Source of the DNA: an uncultured Chloroflexia bacterium
GTDB taxonomy: Bacteria; Chloroflexota; Limnocylindria; Limnocylindrales; CSP1-4
Reading direction: 5' to 3'
Assembly (NCBI GenBank): GCA_963734895.1
Contig: CAVTIN010000005.1
Coordinates: 279 to 64,278, forward strand
Length of the DNA stretch: 64,000 nucleotides
Position 1 is the first letter of the stretch, and each line of letters starts with the position of its first letter. Below the pieces are notes generated by a model that did no database searches, had not been told where the DNA came from, and saw nothing but the letters and a program-made list of their open reading frames with translations. Position numbers and translations under genes: made by a program. Positions 29,364 to 38,847 of this stretch are shown here, in pieces.

Positions 29364-30718
29364 GCGGGGCCATCACCGGCACGGCACCCGCCGAGCTGCG
29401 GCTGCGGCGGCTCGACCTCCGCGCGCCAGACGCGGCCACGGTCCGCGAGCGCGACGCGCTGTTCCGGCGCGGTGCCGTGCCCGATCCCGCGGTCCGCGAA
29501 TCCGCCCGCCGGATCCTCGCCGATGTTCGCTCCCGCGGCGCGGACGCGGTCCGGGAGGCGTCCGCCCGGTTCGGCGGCGGGCGTCCCGACGGCCGGCTGC
29601 TGATCTCCCGCGAAGAGCTTCTCGACGCACGCGACGCGCTCGGGCGCGAGCAGCGGGACGCGCTGGAGCTGGCTGCCGCGAACATCGAGCGGTTCGCGCT
29701 CGCGCAGCGGCCCATCTCCACGCGGACGTCGATCATTCCGGGCGTCGATCTCGAGCGCCGCTGGCTCCCGGTCTCCCGCGCAGGTGCGTACGTGCCTGGT
29801 GGCTCCGCGCCGTACCCCTCGTCGCTGCTGATGACGGTCGTGCCTGCCCGCGTGGCCGGCGTTGCCTCGATCGTCGTTGCGTCGCCCGCTGACCGCGACG
29901 GAGCGATCCACCCGGTGTTGCTCGGCGCCGCTGGCCTGCTGGGCGTGGAGGCGCTGCTCGTCGCGGGCGGCGTCCAGGCGATCGGCGCGCTGGCATACGG
30001 GCTGCCGGACATCGACCTTGCGCCCGTGGACCTCATCGTCGGTCCGGGCAGCACCTGGGTCACGGCAGCCAAGATCGAGGTGGTGGGCGAGGTCGGGATC
30101 GATCTCCCGGCCGGGCCTTCGGAGGGGCTGGTGCTCGCCGACGCATCCGCCGACGTCGCCATCGTGGCCGCCGACCTGATCACCCAGGCCGAGCACGGAG
30201 TGGACTCACCTGCCCTCCTGGTGACGCCCGACGAGGCGTTGGCCGATGCCGTGGAGCGCGAAGTCCGGCGCCGGCTCGCGACCGCCGCCCGGCGCGAGAT
30301 CCTGGCCCTGGCGCTCGCCGATCACGGACGGATCGTGCTGGTGCCCGATCTCGCTGCCGGCATCGAGTTCGTCAACGGATACGGACCCGAGCACCTGTCG
30401 ATCGAGGTCGACGACGCGGAGGCCGCCGTCGCGCAGATCCGCAACGCGGGCTCGATCTTCGTCGGCCGCTGGTCGCCGGAGTCTGCCGGCGACTATGCGT
30501 CCGGGGCGAACCACGTCCTGCCCACCGGCGGGCTTGCGCGCGCGTGCGGACCGCTGGCCGTCGAGATCTTCGGCAAGTACAACCAGGTCCAACGGATCAC
30601 GCGCGACGGCCTGGCCGCGCTTCGGCCGGCGATCCGCACGCTCGCCGAGGCGGAGGGCCTGCTCGCCCACCGCGACGCGGTCGAGGTCCGCTTCGAGGGC
30701 GAGGGAGGTCGGCCATGA
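29360..30718 (+). CDS. hisD: Histidinol dehydrogenase
   Basis: GTG overlaps the hisG stop. Motifs: YVPGGSAPYPSS, QAEHG, GDYASGANHVLPTGG. Confidence 0.95.
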   Translation: MSGAITGTAPAELRLRRLDLRAPDAATVRERDALFRRGAVPDPAVRESARRILADVRSRGADAVREASARFGGGRPDGRLLISREELLDARDALGREQRDALELAAANIERFALAQRPISTRTSIIPGVDLERRWLPVSRAGAYVPGGSAPYPSSLLMTVVPARVAGVASIVVASPADRDGAIHPVLLGAAGLLGVEALLVAGGVQAIGALAYGLPDIDLAPVDLIVGPGSTWVTAAKIEVVGEVGIDLPAGPSEGLVLADASADVAIVAADLITQAEHGVDSPALLVTPDEALADAVEREVRRRLATAARREILALALADHGRIVLVPDLAAGIEFVNGYGPEHLSIEVDDAEAAVAQIRNAGSIFVGRWSPESAGDYASGANHVLPTGGLARACGPLAVEIFGKYNQVQRITRDGLAALRPAIRTLAEAEGLLAHRDAVEVRFEGEGGRP

Positions 30719-31861
30719 GCCCCACGCCCGTCAGCTTCTCGTCGCCCGTGAAGCCGTCGTCCTACAGCTGGGAGGCGACCGACGAGGGCGTCGCGTCCAG
30801 ATATGGCCTTCCGATCGACCAGGTCATCCGGTTCGACCTCAATACGTCGCCCGCGCCCCCGCGCCTGCTCGCCGACCTGCTCGCCGGCTGGGACGTTCGA
30901 GACGAGCCTCAGCGAGTATCCGCCCGGTGATTACCGCAGGCTGGTGGAGGCCGCGGCCACCCGCTACGCCGTCGGCACAGATGAGGTCGTCCCCGGCGCA
31001 GGGGCGGACGAGATCCTGGACATGTGCGTCAAGGCGTTCCTGCCCGCGGGTGCGTCGGCGGTGATCCCGGTCCCCAGCTATGCGATGTATCGCGTCGTCA
31101 CCGAGCAGCGCGGCGGTGTCGTCGTCCCGGTCCCGCGGTTCGGGCCGGATCGCGCCTTCGGGTTTGACGAGGCTGGGATCCGCGCGGCGGTGGCGGGCGC
31201 GTCGATGCTGTGGCTGTGCAACCCGAACAACCCGACCGGTCAGCTCGAGGCACCCGGCAACATCGAGCACCTGCTCGAGGGCATTGCTGCCGACGCGGCC
31301 GAATCCGGGCGTGAACCGGCCGCGGTGATCGTCGACGAGGCGTACGCGGAGTTCGCCGGGGAGACCGTCATCCCGCTGCGGACACGGTTCCCCAACCTGG
31401 TCGTGGTCCGGACCGCATCCAAGGCCTACGCGCTGGCCGGGCTCCGCGTCGGGTTCGCCGTCGCCGCACCCGCGACCCTGGCGCGCGTCGCGCTGTACCG
31501 GCCGCCCGGGTCGATCGGCACGATCTCGGAGACCGCCGTGACCCGGGCCCTGCTCGATGCCGAGGAGATGCGCGAGAACGTCGCCCGGGTCGATAGAGAG
31601 CGCGTTCGCCTCGCCCAAGCCTTCGCCGGCATCGCCTGGCCGCCGTATCCGTCGGTGACCAACTTCCTGCTCGTCGACATCCGGACGCCGGATCGGGCTG
31701 CGTTCGTGGCCGACCGCCTGTTGCGGCTGGGGCTGGTCCCGCGGACATTCGGCGCGGACCATCCCCTCGCCCATTGCCTGCGGTTCACGGTGCGAGCCGC
31801 CGGCGAGAATGATCGCCTCATCGCTGCCGCGCGCGCCATCGCGCAGGAGGTTCCCGCATGA
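30715..31861 (+). CDS. hisC: Histidinol-phosphate aminotransferase, with one frame break near 30895
   Basis: ATG overlaps the hisD stop. MSPTPVSFSSPVKPSSYSWEA...IRFDLNTSPAPPRLLADLLAGWD is read in frame 1. The continuation FETSLSEYPPGDYRRLVEAAA...NPNNPTG...RTASKAYALAGLRVGF... is in frame 2 and runs to the stop at 31859-31861. One extra G near 30895 would explain the shift. Confidence 0.88.
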
Positions 31862-32484
31862 CGACGCCGCTCGGAAGCCTCGACGTCCTCGAGCACGAAG
31901 CCCGCCGGGTCCGCCTGCGGCGCCGAACCCGGGAGACCGACATCGAGGTCACGCTCGATATCGACGGGACCGGCCGTGCCGACGTCGCGACCGGCGTCGG
32001 CTTCTACGATCACCTGCTCTCGTCGCTCGCCCACCATGGCCTGTTCGACCTCGACGTCCGGGCAACCGGCGATCTCGAGGTCGATGAGCATCACACGGTC
32101 GAGGACGTCGCCCTGGTTCTCGGCTCTGCATTCGCCGCAGCGCTGGGTGATCGCGCCGGGATCCGGCGGTTCGGCGACAGCTCGGTCCCCATGGACGAGT
32201 CGCTCGCCACCGCCGTCGTGGACATCGGCGGGCGGCCGTACGCCGTGATCAACCTGCCGTTCCGCGGTGAGCGCGCCGGGGCGCTGCCGCTCCAGCTCGT
32301 TGACCACGCGCTCGAGGCGTTTGCCCGCACGGCGGGCGCGACCCTGCACCTCGACGGCCGCGGCCGCAACGATCACCACCTCGCCGAGGCGGCGTTCAAG
32401 GCGCTCGGCCGCGCGCTCCGTGACGCCTGCGAGCCGGATCCACGCCGCGCCGGCGTCGCATCCACCAAGGGCTCGCTCGGGTGA
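31858..32484 (+). CDS. hisB: Imidazoleglycerol-phosphate dehydratase
   Basis: [33 protein letters not shown]. Start and stop each overlap the neighbouring gene by 4 nt. Confidence 0.95.
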   Translation: MTTPLGSLDVLEHEARRVRLRRRTRETDIEVTLDIDGTGRADVATGVGFYDHLLSSLAHHGLFDLDVRATGDLEVDEHHTVEDVALVLGSAFAAALGDRAGIRRFGDSSVPMDESLATAVVDIGGRPYAVINLPFRGERAGALPLQLVDHALEAFARTAGATLHLDGRGRNDHHLAEAAFKALGRALRDACEPDPRRAGVASTKGSLG

Positions 32485-33956
32485 CAGCCCCGGGACCGCT
32501 GGTCGCCGTGGTCGACTACGGCGCGGGCAACCTCGTATCCATCGACCAGGCGCTCGGCGCGGCAGGCGCCCGCGTGCGTCTGGCAAAGTCCGGTGGCGAG
32601 ATCGACGACGCGGACCTGCTGGTCGTGCCCGGAGTGGGCGCCGCGGCGCCGGCGATGGACCGTCTCCGAGCCGGCGGGTTCGTGGCCCCGATCCGTGACT
32701 GGGTCGAGGCCGACCGGCCGTTCCTGGGGATCTGCCTCGGCCTCCAGCTCCTGTTCGACGGCAGCGACGAGGACGGCGCGACGACGCTCGGCCTCCTGCC
32801 GGGCCGGACGGTACGCCTCGACGACGCCCCGACCCTGCCCCACATCGGCTGGAACCAGGTGAGCCGCCATCGCTCGCATCCCGCGTTCGCGGGGATCGGC
32901 GACGACGCCGACTTCTACTTCGTCCACTCCTATGCCGGCCTCCCGGCGGCCGGCCTCGCGGACGAAACGGTGCTCGCCACGACCGAGCACGGCCGGCCGT
33001 TCGTGTCGGCGGTGGCACGTGGCCGGCTGCTCGGCGTCCAGTTCCACCCGGAGCGCTCGGGCACGGACGGGCTGCGCCTGCTGGCCAACGTCGTGGCAAC
33101 CGTGTCCGGGGCGGGCCGCGGTCAGGACGCTCGGACCGGACGCCGCCTGATGCTCCGCCGGCGGGTGATCCCCTGTCTCGATGTCGCCAACGGGCGCGTG
33201 GTCAAGGGCACGAAGTTCGTGGACCTGGTCGACGAGGGCGATCCGCCCGAGCTCGCGGAGCGCTATGCACGCGAAGGCGCCGACGAACTCGTGTTCCTCG
33301 ACATCACCGCGGCGCCGGAGGGTCGCGGGACGCTCCTCGACATCGTCGAGCGAACCGCCCGACGAGCGTTCGTGCCGCTCACGGTGGGCGGCGGCGTGCG
33401 CACCGTCGACGACATGCGCGATGTGCTGCGCGCCGGCGCGGACAAGGTGAGCCTCAACACGCGCGCCGTCAGCGAACCCGACCTGGTCACGCGGTGCGCG
33501 GCGCGGTTCGGCAGCCAGGCCGTCGTGGTCGCGATCGACGCGCGTCGCGTCGCCCGGTCCGACGGGGATCCTCGTTGCCCGTCGGGCTTCGAGGTCGTCG
33601 TCAACGGGGGGCGCGAGGCGGTGGGCCTCGACGCCGTGGCATGGGCGGCACGCGCCGTCGGCCTCGGTGCGGGCGAGCTGCTGGTCACGTCCATCGATCG
33701 GGACGGCACCCGGTCCGGTTACGACACGGAGCTGCTCCGCGCGATCACCCGCTCAGTGGTCGTCCCGGTCATCGCCTCGGGCGGCGCCGCCGGCCCGGAC
33801 GACTTCGTCGCGGCCGTGCGCGACGGCGGAGCGGACGCCGTCCTCGCCGCATCGATCTTCCACCGCCGGATGTTCTCGATCGCCGACGTCAAGGCTGCGA
33901 TGGCGGCCGCCGGGCTTCCCGTCCGGCTCACGGCGAAGTCGGAGGTGGTCGCGTGA
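32481..33956 (+). CDS. hisH-hisF: Imidazole glycerol phosphate synthase, with HisH (glutaminase) and HisF (cyclase) in one uninterrupted reading frame
   Basis: HisH part: [29 protein letters not shown] ~20-aa linker ([19 protein letters not shown]) follows. The HisF part starts at internal ATG 33150: [34 protein letters not shown]. There is no stop codon between the two halves. Confidence 0.85.
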   Translation: MTAPGPLVAVVDYGAGNLVSIDQALGAAGARVRLAKSGGEIDDADLLVVPGVGAAAPAMDRLRAGGFVAPIRDWVEADRPFLGICLGLQLLFDGSDEDGATTLGLLPGRTVRLDDAPTLPHIGWNQVSRHRSHPAFAGIGDDADFYFVHSYAGLPAAGLADETVLATTEHGRPFVSAVARGRLLGVQFHPERSGTDGLRLLANVVATVSGAGRGQDARTGRRLMLRRRVIPCLDVANGRVVKGTKFVDLVDEGDPPELAERYAREGADELVFLDITAAPEGRGTLLDIVERTARRAFVPLTVGGGVRTVDDMRDVLRAGADKVSLNTRAVSEPDLVTRCAARFGSQAVVVAIDARRVARSDGDPRCPSGFEVVVNGGREAVGLDAVAWAARAVGLGAGELLVTSIDRDGTRSGYDTELLRAITRSVVVPVIASGGAAGPDDFVAAVRDGGADAVLAASIFHRRMFSIADVKAAMAAAGLPVRLTAKSEVVA

Positions 33957-34660
33957 GCGACGTGGCCAACGCGGGGCCCATCGCCCTCGCCACCGGCATG
34001 GACCCTGTCACCGTCGCCTGGGACGAGACGGGGCTCGTCGCCGGGGTCGTGCAGGACGTCGCGGACGGCCGCGTGCTGATGGTCGGCTGGCTGGACGCTG
34101 GGGCGCTCGCAGCCACGCTCGCGACCGGGGAGGTTCACTTCCACTCCCGCTCGCGTGGCCGGCTGTGGCGCAAGGGCGAGACGTCCGGAAACATCCTCCG
34201 ACTTCGGTCGCTGGCGCTCGACTGCGATGGTGACGCGCTGCTGATCGGCGTGGAGCCGCACGGACCGACCTGTCATCGAGGCACACGGAGCTGCTTCGAC
34301 GCGGCCGGGGCGCCCGCCGCACCGCCGGTGGAGACGCAGGGGTTCGCGTGGCTGGAGACGCTGTGGGCGACGATCGCGGCCCGGGTGGCAGATCGACCGG
34401 TCGGTTCCTACACGACCCGGCTGCTGGACGGCGGCGTCGACCTCGCCGGACGCAAGGTCGCTGAGGAGGCGACGGAGGTGCTCCTGGCCGCCAAGAACGA
34501 CGAGGCGGCCGAACGGTCGGGTGCGGCTCGCGACGAGACGCGGGCGCTGCTTGCAGGCGAGGCGGGAGACCTCGTCTATCACGCACTCGTGCTGCTTGCG
34601 GAGCGGGGGCTCGAACCGCGGGCGGTCGTCGGGGTGCTGCGCGACCGGCACGCTGACTGA
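33953..34660 (+). CDS. hisIE: Bifunctional phosphoribosyl-AMP cyclohydrolase / phosphoribosyl-ATP diphosphatase
   Basis: GTG overlaps the hisF stop. HisI motifs: [36 protein letters not shown]. HisE helical part: [12 protein letters not shown]...[11 protein letters not shown]. Confidence 0.92.
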   Translation: MSDVANAGPIALATGMDPVTVAWDETGLVAGVVQDVADGRVLMVGWLDAGALAATLATGEVHFHSRSRGRLWRKGETSGNILRLRSLALDCDGDALLIGVEPHGPTCHRGTRSCFDAAGAPAAPPVETQGFAWLETLWATIAARVADRPVGSYTTRLLDGGVDLAGRKVAEEATEVLLAAKNDEAAERSGAARDETRALLAGEAGDLVYHALVLLAERGLEPRAVVGVLRDRHAD

Positions 34661-34666
34661 CGCCGG

Positions 34667-34973
34667 CTATTCCGCGGGCTCGACCAGCCGCACGTTCTTC
34701 TTCCCGTCCGAACGACCCAGAAGCGACCATAGAGCGGCTCCGGTAGCGGAGCATCAGGGTCGGTCAATGCGGATGTTGTTCACGTAGAACCCGCCGCCGT
34801 CCATGCCTCGCCGCGCTTCGCCGTTTGACGTGTACGCATTGGAGCCGATCGCCGTGCCCGAGGGCCTCTGCAAGGCTTCTCGGCAGGGACCTCAAAGGGC
34901 GGCACCTGCTCGCGCATCTTGGCGAGAAAATCGAGCGACAGTACGGTCAGGTCGCGGTAGTCCTGCACGAACA
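34667..34973 (-). other. tyrS: Frameshifted remainder of tyrS encoding the C-terminal S4-like tRNA-binding domain
   Basis: Downstream of the in-frame TAA (34974-34976), TyrS-like peptides continue in alternating frames: MFVQDYRDLTVLSLDFLAKMREQVPPFEVPAEKP / RPSGTAIGSNAYTSNGEARRGMDGGGFYVNNIRID / DPDAPLPEPLYGRFWVVRTG / KKNVRLVEPAE, with a stop at 34667-34669. This matches the ...SK.EARR.I..GGV.VNN..V......L.G....LR.GKK... pattern of TyrS C-termini. Confidence 0.7.
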
Positions 34974-35987
34974 TTACTTGCTCTGCCGCTCGGCATCCCG
35001 AGCCGCATCCGCGCCATGGACGCGCGCGGTGACGTCGAACGCGAGGCGTCGCTGCGCCTCGCGCCGCTCCGGGTGAGCGGCGATCTCGGCGTCAAGCGCC
35101 TCGATGTCCGCGCGATCCCAGGTCGTGAACCAGCGCATGTACGTGGACACGTCCCGATCGTCGGCCTGGATCCAGTACTGGTAGAAGGTGTACGGCGTCG
35201 TCCGCGCCGGGTCGAGCCACACCGAGTCGCCGCCCTCGCTCTTGCCGAACTTCGCGCCGGATGGCGACAGCAGCAGCTTGTACGCGATGCCGTGGGCCGG
35301 GTCGTCGCCGTCCGTCTCACCGCTCGTCCGGCGGATCAGCTCGAGTCCGGCGGTGATGTTCCCCCACTGGTCGGCGCCGCCCATCTGCATCTCGACGCCG
35401 TGCTCCCGGTACAGCGTCGCGAAGTCGAACGCCTGGAGGGTCATGTAGCTGAACTCGGTGAACGAGAGCCCCCGCTCCAGGCGCTGCTGCACCGAGTCCT
35501 TGGCCAGCATGTACGGAATCGTGAAGTGCTTTCCAACGTCGCGCAGGTAGTCGATCAATGACAGGCTGCCGAGCCAGTCCAGGTTGTTGACCATCGAGGC
35601 CTGCGCGGGCCCCGGCGCGAAGTCCAGGAACCGCTCGAGCTGGGCGCGGATCGCGGCCACGTTGTGCTCAAGGGTGTCCCGGTCGAGGAGGTTACGCTCG
35701 CCGGAGCGCCCGGACGGATCACCGATCATCCCGGTCCCGCCGCCGACCAGCGCCACCGGGCGCCCACCGTGCTGCTGGAGGCGAACGAGGCCGAGGATCG
35801 GGATCAGGTGGCCAACGTGGAGTGAGTCCGCCGACGGGTCGAATCCGTTGTAGGCGGCGATCGGTCGCCCGGTGCCGAGGCGCGCCGCCACGCCGGGCGT
35901 CGTGGCGTGCAGGATCCCGCGCCACTCCAGCTCCGGCAGCAGTCCCGCGAGGCCAGGGGACGGGTCTCGTGCGACGGGCTCGTTCAT
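34974..35987 (-). CDS. tyrS: Tyrosine--tRNA ligase: catalytic and anticodon-binding-helical domains (ORF as it stands lacks the S4-like domain)
   Basis: HIGH motif (SLHVGHL), KMSKS motif (KFGKSEG), GGTGMIGDPSG, EAQRRLAFDVTARVHG. ATG at 35987. Confidence 0.93.
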   Translation of the reverse strand: MNEPVARDPSPGLAGLLPELEWRGILHATTPGVAARLGTGRPIAAYNGFDPSADSLHVGHLIPILGLVRLQQHGGRPVALVGGGTGMIGDPSGRSGERNLLDRDTLEHNVAAIRAQLERFLDFAPGPAQASMVNNLDWLGSLSLIDYLRDVGKHFTIPYMLAKDSVQQRLERGLSFTEFSYMTLQAFDFATLYREHGVEMQMGGADQWGNITAGLELIRRTSGETDGDDPAHGIAYKLLLSPSGAKFGKSEGGDSVWLDPARTTPYTFYQYWIQADDRDVSTYMRWFTTWDRADIEALDAEIAAHPERREAQRRLAFDVTARVHGADAARDAERQSK

Positions 35988-36082
35988 CGGACCGTCACAC
36001 GCAGAGGGCCGGAGGCGTCCACGCTCCGGCCCGAACAAGGGGTTCGGGCTTCCATCCCCTGCATGGTATCGTTCCGCCCGCA

Positions 36083-38821
36083 ATGAAAACCAGCCTCGCG
36101 CGGAGGCAGCGCCAACGCCGGCTTGGCAACAAGCGCCGTCCCCGCGGAAGCGGCGCCGCTCGCGCCGCGGTCGTCGCCCTTCCCCTCTTCCTGTTCGCCA
36201 CCCTGATGCTGGTCGGCCTGGTCGGTGCGGCCGGGGCGGTCGCCGGGTACTCCTACCTCTCGCGCGACCTCCAGGATCCGAAGTCCCGCCTGGAAGCCAT
36301 CGAGTTCTCGCAGCAGACCACCGTCTATGACCGGACCGGCGAGACCGTCCTCGCCCGTCTGGGCGATGACCGGCGAGTGGTGGTGACCTTCGACCAGATC
36401 CCGCCTGCCCTGATCGACGCCACGACGTCGATCGAGGACAAGACGTTCTGGGACAACGCCGGCTTCGATCCCCTGGGCTTCGTGTCTGCCGCGATCGACA
36501 CCATCAACGGCCGGGACCGAGGCGGCTCCACGATCACCCAGCAGCTCGTGCGGGCACGATTGCTTCCCGCCAGCGCGTTCACCGGCAGCATCTACGAGCG
36601 CAAGGCCAAGGAGATCATCCAGTCGATCCGCCTGACCGAAGCGTATCCCGGCGAGGCCGGCAAGCAGACGATCATGGAGAAGTACCTCAACCAGAACTTC
36701 TACGGGAACCGCAGCTACGGCGTACAGGCGGCGGCACGAAGCTACTGGCGCAAGGACCTCAAGGACCTCGACCTCGCGCAGCTCGCCTTGCTCGCCGGCA
36801 TCCCCCAGTCGCCGACCAAGTTCGACCTGGTCAAGAACGCGGTCGAGGAGACCTACACGGACGACAACGGCAACGAGCGAACGCGTCTGGTCGTACCGCC
36901 GAACACGGAGATCGTCCGGCGCCGCAACTTCATCCTGGACCTGATGAAGACGCGGAGCGTCCTGACCAAGGGCCAGTACACCGACGCCGACTACGAGGCC
37001 GCCAAGGCCGAGCCCGTGATCTTGGCCTCGCAGGCTGCCGATCAATGGAAGGCACCCCAGTTCGTGTGGCAGGTGCGGAACGAGCTTGGTTCGATCCTGT
37101 GCGGGTCCACCCAGTGCGAGGCAATCGACACCGGCGGCTACAAGGTCATCACCACGCTCGACTACACGATGCAGAAGACGGTCGAGAAGTGGGTCTACGC
37201 CGCGGCCATCGCCCCCAACATCACCAAGCAGGACAAGACGCAGACGGTCAGCAAGGTGCTGACCGCGCTCAAGATCCCCAAGAGCCAGTGGACGTGGGTC
37301 AACAACCTGCGGGGAAAGAACGTCAACAACGCGGCGGCGAGCGTGCTCGACTACCGCACCGGCGACATCCTCGCGTACGCGGGTTCCGCGTCCTACACCG
37401 CCAAGGGCTACGCGCAGTTCCAGCCGCAGTACGACGTCCTCGCAGACGGCTGGCGGCAGCCCGGATCCTCGATCAAACCCGTCGTCTACTCGATCGGGAT
37501 CGAGGACCGGACCATGACCGCGGCGACGATGTTCATGGACGTGGTCACGAACTTCGCGCCCAGCGGCGCGAAGGCATATACGCCCACGCAGGCGGACAAC
37601 AGGGAACGCGGACCGGTGCGTCTCCGAAACGCGCTCCAGTTCTCGCTCAACGTGCCGGCGGTCAAGGCGGGCTTCATCAACGGGCTCGACCACGAGTTCC
37701 GGCGGATGCAGGACTTCGGGCTGACGTTCCCGGCGGGCACGGTGCCCGTGGCCTCCGAGAGCATCGGGACCCTCGAGGTGCACCCGATCGACGAGCTCTC
37801 CGCGTATGGCGCGATCGCAAACGGCGGCGTGCTCGTCCCGCACCGGACGATCCTCAAGGTCATCGACCCCAGCGGCACGCAGATCTGGCCGGCGACGGAT
37901 GCCAAGCCGACGGGCAAGCGGGTGATCTCAGCTGAGACCGCCTACGTGATCACCGACATCCTGGCCGGCAACACGATCAAGAGCGTCAACCCGTTCTGGG
38001 CCAAGTGGGCCGTGCATGATGGCATCGGCGGCAAGCTGCGGCCCGCCGCATACAAGACGGGCACCACGCAGAACAACAAGGACGTCCTTGCGTACGGCTT
38101 CCTCCCGCCGCCATCGGACACGTCGCTGCCCGCGCTCGTGACCGGGATCTGGATGGGCAACTCCGACAGCACGCCCATGGGCAAGACGTCGCTCGAGACC
38201 ACCGCACCCGTGTGGTCAGCGATCATGTCCGAGATCTCCAAGGGCATGCCGGTCGAGGGGTTCAGCCGGATCAAGCCCAAGACCCTCGAAACGGCCACCG
38301 TCGACGCCTTCACCGGGATGCTGCCGGGTCCGACCACGACCAAGACCGTCAAGGAGCTGTTCCTGCCCGGAACCGCACCAACGCGCTCCGCCGACGTGAC
38401 GGTGTCCGTGGACATCAATTCGGCGTCCGGCCTGCTGTGGCAGGATGGCTGCGCGGGCCCGATGGTCACCAACAGCTACCTGGACTTCAGCCGCGCCGAG
38501 CCGGCCTTCCCCGTGTGGCAGAAGGCGGACATCGCGTGGCAGAAGCGCGCCGCCAGGGGCGCCGGCGTCGCCGGCGGTCCGAAGCGCTCCTCGACGCAGT
38601 ACTTCTACGGCGACGGCTTCTACCCGTTCGGGCACACCTGGGGCGGCAAGTTCCCGCCGACCGCGACCTGCACGGTCGTTCCGCCATCACCGACGATCTG
38701 CTTCTCGCTCGATCCGTTCTCCCCGTGCCCGACCATCCAGCCATCTCCGACGCCGGTGCCGTCGAACCCCGGCAATGGTGGCGGTCCGAGCCCCAAGCCC
38801 AAGCCCTCGCCGAAACCCTGA
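36083..38821 (+). CDS. Class A (PBP1A-family) penicillin-binding protein: transglycosylase plus transpeptidase
   Basis: N-terminal TM anchor. GT51 motifs: EDKTFWDNAGFD, GGSTITQQL, RKAKE. Transpeptidase motifs: SSIKP (SxxK), SLN, KTGT. Pro-rich C-terminal tail. ATG at 36083. Confidence 0.93.
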   Translation: MKTSLARRQRQRRLGNKRRPRGSGAARAAVVALPLFLFATLMLVGLVGAAGAVAGYSYLSRDLQDPKSRLEAIEFSQQTTVYDRTGETVLARLGDDRRVVVTFDQIPPALIDATTSIEDKTFWDNAGFDPLGFVSAAIDTINGRDRGGSTITQQLVRARLLPASAFTGSIYERKAKEIIQSIRLTEAYPGEAGKQTIMEKYLNQNFYGNRSYGVQAAARSYWRKDLKDLDLAQLALLAGIPQSPTKFDLVKNAVEETYTDDNGNERTRLVVPPNTEIVRRRNFILDLMKTRSVLTKGQYTDADYEAAKAEPVILASQAADQWKAPQFVWQVRNELGSILCGSTQCEAIDTGGYKVITTLDYTMQKTVEKWVYAAAIAPNITKQDKTQTVSKVLTALKIPKSQWTWVNNLRGKNVNNAAASVLDYRTGDILAYAGSASYTAKGYAQFQPQYDVLADGWRQPGSSIKPVVYSIGIEDRTMTAATMFMDVVTNFAPSGAKAYTPTQADNRERGPVRLRNALQFSLNVPAVKAGFINGLDHEFRRMQDFGLTFPAGTVPVASESIGTLEVHPIDELSAYGAIANGGVLVPHRTILKVIDPSGTQIWPATDAKPTGKRVISAETAYVITDILAGNTIKSVNPFWAKWAVHDGIGGKLRPAAYKTGTTQNNKDVLAYGFLPPPSDTSLPALVTGIWMGNSDSTPMGKTSLETTAPVWSAIMSEISKGMPVEGFSRIKPKTLETATVDAFTGMLPGPTTTKTVKELFLPGTAPTRSADVTVSVDINSASGLLWQDGCAGPMVTNSYLDFSRAEPAFPVWQKADIAWQKRAARGAGVAGGPKRSSTQYFYGDGFYPFGHTWGGKFPPTATCTVVPPSPTICFSLDPFSPCPTIQPSPTPVPSNPGNGGGPSPKPKPSPKP

Positions 38822-38847
38822 CGCCCCGGCGGTAACGCCGTGCGCGG

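Noticed and set aside
33090-33152. Idea that hisH really ends at the out-of-frame TGA of CTGATG (33148-33150), with the fusion to hisF being an indel artefact
   Set aside because: The frame containing that TGA translates upstream to ...[19 protein letters not shown], which does not resemble a HisH C-terminus. The in-frame reading keeps the [10 protein letters not shown]...LLANVV ending. The fusion is kept as a finding, but an indel closer to the junction cannot be fully excluded.
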